Assembly (NCBI GenBank): GCA_002269645.1 | Contig: NIVC01002204.1 | Coordinates: 1-64,000, forward strand | DNA length: 64,000 nucleotides | DNA from: Macrostomum lignano | Lineage: Eukaryota | Direction of reading: 5' to 3' | In this document: in pieces, positions 58,501 to 64,000 of the stretch | How positions within the stretch are numbered: position 1 is the first letter of the stretch | Layout of the letters: the number at the start of each line of letters is the position of its first letter | Notes under the pieces: generated by a model | Told to the model about the DNA's origin: nothing | Databases searched by the model: none | The model's input: the letters and a program-made list of their open reading frames with translations, nothing else | Translations under genes and position numbers: made by a program

Positions 58501-60881
58501 AAGGGGCGATTCTAGGGTGGGTTTAGGGGCGATTCTAGGATGGGTTTTAAGGGTGATTCTAGGGTGGGTTTAGGGGCGATTCTAGGATGGGTTTTAGGGG
58601 CGATTCTAGGATGGGTTTTAAGGGTGATTCTAGGGTGGGTTTAGGGGCGATTCTAGGATGGGTTTTAGGGGCGATTCTAGGATGGGTTTTAAGGGCGATT
58701 CTAGGTTGGGTTTAGTGGCGATTCTAGGGTAGGTTTAGGGGCGATTCTAGGATGGGTTTAGGGGCGATTCTAGGGTAGGTTTAAAGACGATTTTCGGGCA
58801 GGTTTAGGGGCAATTCTATGGCAAATTGAGAATTTAAAAACTATTTCCAAGGTCCACAATGCCTTCGATATTTCAGGACGCAGCTGGGACGCCTCGAGTG
58901 GCGGCTAATCCACTGGCTGAAAATGTGGATGTGCTGCAGAATCAGCAGCGTAAAGCTCCAGATGGCCAGCAGCAGGTGTTTAAAAAGCCTGATAAACGAC
59001 CGAAATCTCGCCCTAGCAGCTCTCTGATGAGCTCAGTTTGCCGCCTGAACTGGGGCTCTTTGCGGCACAGCATTGCCGGTGGCAAGAAGGCCTCCAGCTC
59101 GTCCGCTGACGCTCCTGCCAGCGCTGTGTCGACTTCCCGGCTCAGCCGAAAGAAGCAGCTAGTTAGCAGCGGATCGCTTTCTATGGCTCTGAGAAAGGTT
59201 GGTTTTGATAAAATTCACCCGAGATCCTAGATCTCAGCCTCCCAGATCCCCAGATTAGGCTAGCAGCCTCCCAGATCCCCAGATTAGGCTACCAGCCTCC
59301 CATATCCCCAGATTAGGCTAGCAGCCTCCCAGATCCCCAGATTAGGCTACCAGCCTCCCATATCCCCAGATTAAGCTACCAGCCTTCCAGATCCTCAGAT
59401 TAAGTTACCACCCTCCCAGATCCCCAGATTAGGCTACCAGCCTCCCATATCCCCAGATTAAGCCACCAGCCTCCAGATCCCCAGATCAAGCCACCAGCCT
59501 CTTAGATCCCCAGATTAAGTTACCAGCCTCCCATATCCCCAGATTAAGCCACCAGCCTCCAGATCCCCAGATTAAGCCACCAGCCTCCCATATCCCCATA
59601 TTAAGCCACCAGCCTCCAGATCCCCAGATTAAGCCACCAGCCTCCAGATCCCCAGATTAAGCCACCAGCCTCCAGATCCCCAGATTAAGCCACCAGCCTC
59701 CAGATCCCCAGATTAAGCCACCAGCCTCCAGATCCCCAGATTAAGCTACGGTACCAGCCTCTTAGATCCCCAGATTAAGTTACCAGCCTCCCAGATCCCC
59801 AGATTAAGCCACCAGATCCCCAGATCCCCAGATTAAGCCAACCAGCCTCCCAGATCCCCAGATTAAGCCACCAGCCTCCCAGATCCCCAGATTAAGCCAC
59901 CAGCCTCCCAGATCCCCAGATTAAGTTACCAGTCTCCGGATCCCCAGATTAAGCTACGGTACCAGCTTCCCAGATCCTCCCAGATTAAGCTCAGGCCAGT
60001 CCAGCAGCCACCAATCGCTTGCTCACCCTCAGGGCAGCGACATGGACTGCAGCTCCAGCAGCTTGGCCTCTCTTGCCGTAGTTGGCGAGTCAAATTCAAC
60101 GGTGCGCAATCCAGACGACCCGTATGACATGGACGACTACGAGGACGGCCACAAGGACTACGAGCAGTACGATTCGGCCTCGATTTCTGCTGCCTCAGCT
60201 GCTGGTAGAGGATCGCGCCTCGGCAACATGTCGGTAGCCAGGGCCTCTACTGCTACTTTGGCTAATGTTGAACAGGTTAGATTGTGTGCTCTTTCTTCTG
60301 TGTATCGCATGTCTCTGCCTTTGTCTTGGGGTCATGGACCCCTCATTGTGTTCTGGGCTCTTTGATGGTAAACGACGAGGTCATTGACCCCTTTATTGTG
60401 TCCTGGTCTCTCTGATTGGTAATAGGGAGGTCATTGACCCCTTTATTGTGTCCTGGTCTCTCTAATTAGTAATAGGGAGGTAATTGACCCCTTTATTGTG
60501 TCCTGGTCTCTCTAATTAGTAATAGGGAGGTCATTGACCCCTTTATTGTGTCCTGGTCTCTCTGACTGGTATTAGGGTGGTGGTCATCTGCCCCCACAGC
60601 TCCAGGCTGTTTGTCTGAATTCGAATGTGATTGTATAATTAAACAAGAAGTAATTTCATTTTAAACAGCTACGTTGCGACTCCATCGCTCACTTGGGCTC
60701 CGCAGCCGCCGTCGCGGTTAGCAGTTCCTCATCTGGCAGCGTCGCCTCTGTCGCAGCCGCCGCCGCCTCAGCCTCTAGCCGGTTCAGCATCGGCGGCAGC
60801 GGCCACAGCAGCAGCGGATCTACTTCGTCGTCTGCTAAACGTTTTCGCAAGCACTTCAGCTCGTGGAGCCTGTTTAAGTGA
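52578..60881 (+). CDS. ECT2: ECT2/pebble-like RhoGEF (DH-PH plus basic tail), about 916 aa; exons 52578-53018, 53651-54059, 55425-55797, 56565-56763, 57400-57951, 58877-59197, 60033-60275, 60669-60881
   Basis: All junctions GT-AG and in frame (2751 nt). ECT2-type motifs ELAATEGNYVRIL, LYPPFVNFF, PECLRQSLSDLMIRPVQRLPSV, HINEEKR, LLSAHR, RTPRR. The 5' end is uncertain. Confidence 0.87.
53030..53620. repeat. About 20-bp degenerate satellite (GGCGCCAAAATCCACCCTGT), ECT2 intron 1
   Basis: Recurring GGCGCCAAA. Confidence 0.85.
54095..55330. repeat. 23-bp satellite (TTTTCAGGGGTCGGGATCTCGGC), ECT2 intron 2
   Basis: About 50 units including longer variants. Confidence 0.95.
55940..56400. repeat. Degenerate TTCTTAGAAATCGC repeat, ECT2 intron 3
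   Basis: Recurring core related to the intron 4 unit. Confidence 0.75.
56842..57368 (+). repeat. 23-bp satellite (CTAGAATCGCCCCTAAACCCACC), ECT2 intron 4
   Basis: About 22 copies. Confidence 0.95.
57996..58815 (-). repeat. Same 23-bp satellite in inverted orientation (GGTGGGTTTAGGGGCGATTCTAG), ECT2 intron 5
   Basis: About 35 copies; consensus is the exact reverse complement of the intron 4 unit. Confidence 0.95.
59225..59990. repeat. 28-29-bp satellite (CCAGATCCCCAGATTAAGCCACCAGCCT), ECT2 intron 6
   Basis: Direct periodicity. Confidence 0.93.
60375..60560. repeat. 50-bp repeat containing AGGTCATTGACCC, about 4 copies, ECT2 intron 7
   Basis: Motif at 60378, 60428, 60478 (variant), 60528. 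Confidence 0.9.
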
Positions 60882-61584
60882 ATTAATTATCAGACAGTGA
60901 GAAAGTTTTGGCTAATTTAGCCGCAAATTTCTTACATTTTACTGTAAGTAGCATGATTTGTGCATTGCTTTAATTTTATTATTTGTATATGCATTTCGTT
61001 GGGTTGGCAATAGGTCGATATACAACCCAAAATTAGCTGGTAGCTATTTTTCCTTTTTAATAATTTTCTTAAATAGCGATTGTTTTTCAACTCCAATCAG
61101 TGTATTGTGTTTAAATTTGCTAATAAATTGCATTTAGCATCTCGGCGCTAGCTTCCTTCTATCATATTAGCATCTACTAGTTTGTATTTATAAAAAGACG
61201 TCAGTCTGTGTCCGTCACGCTGGCAAGAAACTTCTTTTTTTCAATATTTTTTCTTGTTTTATTGACTATTTATGTGTAATTAGCTACTAACTATTGCTTT
61301 TTTAACAGTCGCCCCAATATTTAAATTCCACTGCAAGTACATCTATTATTAGTAATTTCTCTGCAAATAAAATCCGTGCAATTATGTGAAGAAAAACATT
61401 TCAGTTTCCGCATTTCTGTGTTTCGATTGTTTTTATGTGCACTCCTTCTAACAGTCTGCATATTGTTAGTAGTACCATGCGAACATGACGCTACAGATCA
61501 TTTTAATGGCTACATTCTCCATTGAGTAGCTATACGATGGACATTTACGAGTCTGATATGTTTAAGAGTGACTTTTATAGCAAA

Positions 61585-62030
61585 GAGAGTCTTCGAGAGT
61601 GACATTTTCCATGGAGATAAGTGTTGCGGGAGTGACATTTTTCACTGAGAGAACTTTCGCGATAGACATTTTCCACGAAGAGAAGTCGTGTGAGAGTGAC
61701 ATTTTCTAAGAAAAAAGTCTCGCAAGAGTGAAATTTTCCACGAAGAGAAGTCTACTGAGAGTGACATTTTCCACAGAGAAGTCTACTGAGAGTTACATTT
61801 TCCACAGAGAAGTCTACTGAGAGTGACATTTTCCATAGATAAGTCTTGTGAGAGTCACATTTTCCACAAAGAGAAGTCTACTGAGAGTGACATTTTCCAC
61901 AGATAAGTCTTGTGAGTGACATTTTCTACGAGAGAAGTTTTACGAGAGTGACATTTTCCACGGAGAGAAGTCTACTTAGAGTGACATTTTCCTCAAAGAG
62001 AAGTCTACTGAGAGTTACATTTTCCTCCAA
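61585..62030. repeat. About 31-33-bp satellite (GAGAGTGACATTTTCCACAGAGAAGTCTACT)
   Basis: Direct periodicity. Confidence 0.88.
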
Positions 62031-62729
62031 ATGAAGGTTTGTTTTGCAAGGATATTGTTCAGGATGGTATTTTTGAGAAGAAATTCCCGAGTTGCTCATC
62101 TCACTTTGTTGAAGTGAAATATTCAATGAGAGAATCTTGAGGCGTTAAATAAAGAGCTCCTCTTTTTAGAAAGTTGTTGCGATCCGGTATAGCAAAGGTT
62201 GCATATGCATCGATCGAGATGAGCTCTTATTTGAGTCCATCAAGTGAACAGGTTTAGCAACAAAGTGGGAGGAGCCTACAAAGAAGCGAAAGCAACAAAG
62301 CGAAAGAGACATACTTCACAAGAAATTCTTTACCTGCCAATTAAGAAGGACCCGCTTTAGAATTGACACCTGTGACCAATAGCTATGCACTGTGGATTGA
62401 TTGATTTTGATGAGTTGGTGAAACTCAAAAGGCGGACGGAAGAAAGAACTTCAAACGGTTGTTTGGAGTCAAATTTCTGCCTTTGCCTTTTTCTTATGCA
62501 CTGTTTCAAGATTCAATTCTTCGTTTACAGCGTGTCACTAATAGCTTCAATTCTACATTTTACGAGCTATGCAGTCAAGAATGTATTTTCGACTGATTCT
62601 ACAAAGACTGAATTAAGTAGATAAATACACGTGTGGTACTACTAGAGACATTACCCATCTGAGATTAACCTCTGCGAATTCACGCGGACCTCGTGAAGCT
62701 TCGAGGGTTGCTCGAGTTTTCTGACCCCT

Positions 62730-63225
62730 GATCTAGAGATGTAAACGCCCTATCTAGAGATCCTGTCGCAACATTTAGAGATCCGCATGTACACGAGTAA
62801 CTGCACTATCTATGGATCCAAGCGCTCCATCTAGAGATTCTTAGATCCTATTTATAGATCTAAAAACTCCCCATCTAGAGATCCTTACGCCCCATTCGTA
62901 GATCTAAACTCCCATCTAGAGATCTAAACGCCCCATTTAGATATCTAATCGCCCCATCTAGGGATATAAACTCCCCATCTAGAGATTCTTAGATCCCATC
63001 TATAGATCTTAACTCCCCATCTAGAGATCCTTACGCTGTAGATCTAAACTCCCATCTAGAGATATTAACGCCCCATCTGTAGATCTAAACTTCCATCTAG
63101 AGATATTAACGCCCCATCTAGAAATCTAACCACCCCATCTAGGGATATAAACTCCCCCATCTAGAGATCTAAACGCCCCATTTAGAATTCTAAACGCCCC
63201 ATCTAGAAATCTAAACGCCCCCAGA
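62730..63225. repeat. About 21-bp degenerate satellite (CCCCATCTAGAGATCTAAACG)
   Basis: Recurring TCTAGAGATC, upstream of the T-box gene. Confidence 0.85.
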
Positions 63226-63414
63226 TCTTGGTTCTTGCAGTCGGGAGATTCTTAAATGAGGTCGACTTGAGGTCGACACATGTATCCTGCTAGCTATAGT
63301 TGCATGTACATCGGTGGGCTGTTTTTTATACATTAGGAAACAAGCTTCAGCATTAATGAAATCCGAAATTGTCATCATCCAACACCCATTGGTGTGTGAG
63401 CCATCCGCTGCACA

Positions 63415-63470
63415 AAACTCCGGGCCAATCAGAAGCTGTGCCAGCCATCTTCAAGCCTCATTGGTCAGAT
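63415..63470 (+). promoter_or_regulatory. Putative CCAAT boxes of the T-box gene promoter
   Basis: GGCCAATCAG at about 63423 and reverse ATTGG at about 63460, 90-130 bp before the ATG. Confidence 0.4.
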
Positions 63471-63553
63471 GACGAAAGACTGTTAATACGATAAAAAGGC
63501 TTTGCAGAATTGAGTTTTAAATTCTAAACTTATAAGCGCTGTAGTTTGTAATA

Positions 63554-63804
63554 ATGTCTTCGTTTAATCCTTTCGAATTGTCATTTTTTCATTCGCTAGG
63601 CCAGCAAACCAGTTACAGTACAGCCTCGTCAGGCGTTGCTGAAGGAACCTTCAATTGGCCTATGATGAAGCTGCCGCAGTTTCTTCAAGGCCAGCCGGCG
63701 ACGGGAGCGAATTATGAGCACGCGAGAGTTGACCTAATAGAGAAGGAGCTTTGGCAACAGTTTCACGCCCTAGGAACTGAAATGGTGATTACTAAGAGTG
63801 GCAG
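63554..63804 (+). CDS. T-box transcription factor, Tbx2/3(omb)-like, first coding exon; gene continues beyond the window
   Basis: VDLIEKELWQQFHALGTEMVITKSGR followed by AG|GTGAG donor at the conserved T-box intron position; subfamily inferred from MVITKSGR only. Confidence 0.88.
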
Positions 63805-64000
63805 GTGAGGTTCTGGATGCATGGCTATCATTGGGAAGCTTGCAGATTGTGTTTAAGTAAAGTCGATTTTGTATTTTCGGGAGTGGAGCTTCAAGAAATA
63901 AGTTAAATTTAGATGTCATTTCTAGCGCCACTTCTGTAGCGCGAAATGTATAGCGCCACTTTTATAGCGCCATCTCTATAGCCCCAACTCTGTAGCGCCA

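Overview
64 kb of AT-rich, satellite-laden invertebrate genomic DNA. Splice signals and low-complexity proteins suggest a lophotrochozoan, possibly a free-living flatworm, but this is unverified. Manually spliced genes: a secreted PAN/apple + fibrinogen-C (FReD) protein; three GPI-anchored Ly6/uPAR-like three-finger genes (two tandem two-domain paralogs, one single-domain gene); intronless membralin/TMEM259 and MRPL48; two tandem CRAL-TRIO (alpha-TTP/clavesin-like) paralogs; an ECT2/pebble-like RhoGEF apparently lacking BRCT domains; and the first coding exon of a Tbx2/3-like T-box gene. Mobile DNA: a composite mariner-TIR element carrying a P-transposase fragment, hAT and other MITEs, and CORE-type SINEs. 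No CRISPR, rRNA or true tRNA genes. Nearly every intron holds its own minisatellite. Most notable: inverted satellite arms flanking a symmetric ECT2 exon, nuclear-receptor DR4/IR1 and AP-1 motif arrays built into satellites, and a Ly6 pair with variable exons plus a near-identical last exon. Exon coordinates were read by eye; repeat boundaries and copy numbers are approximate.
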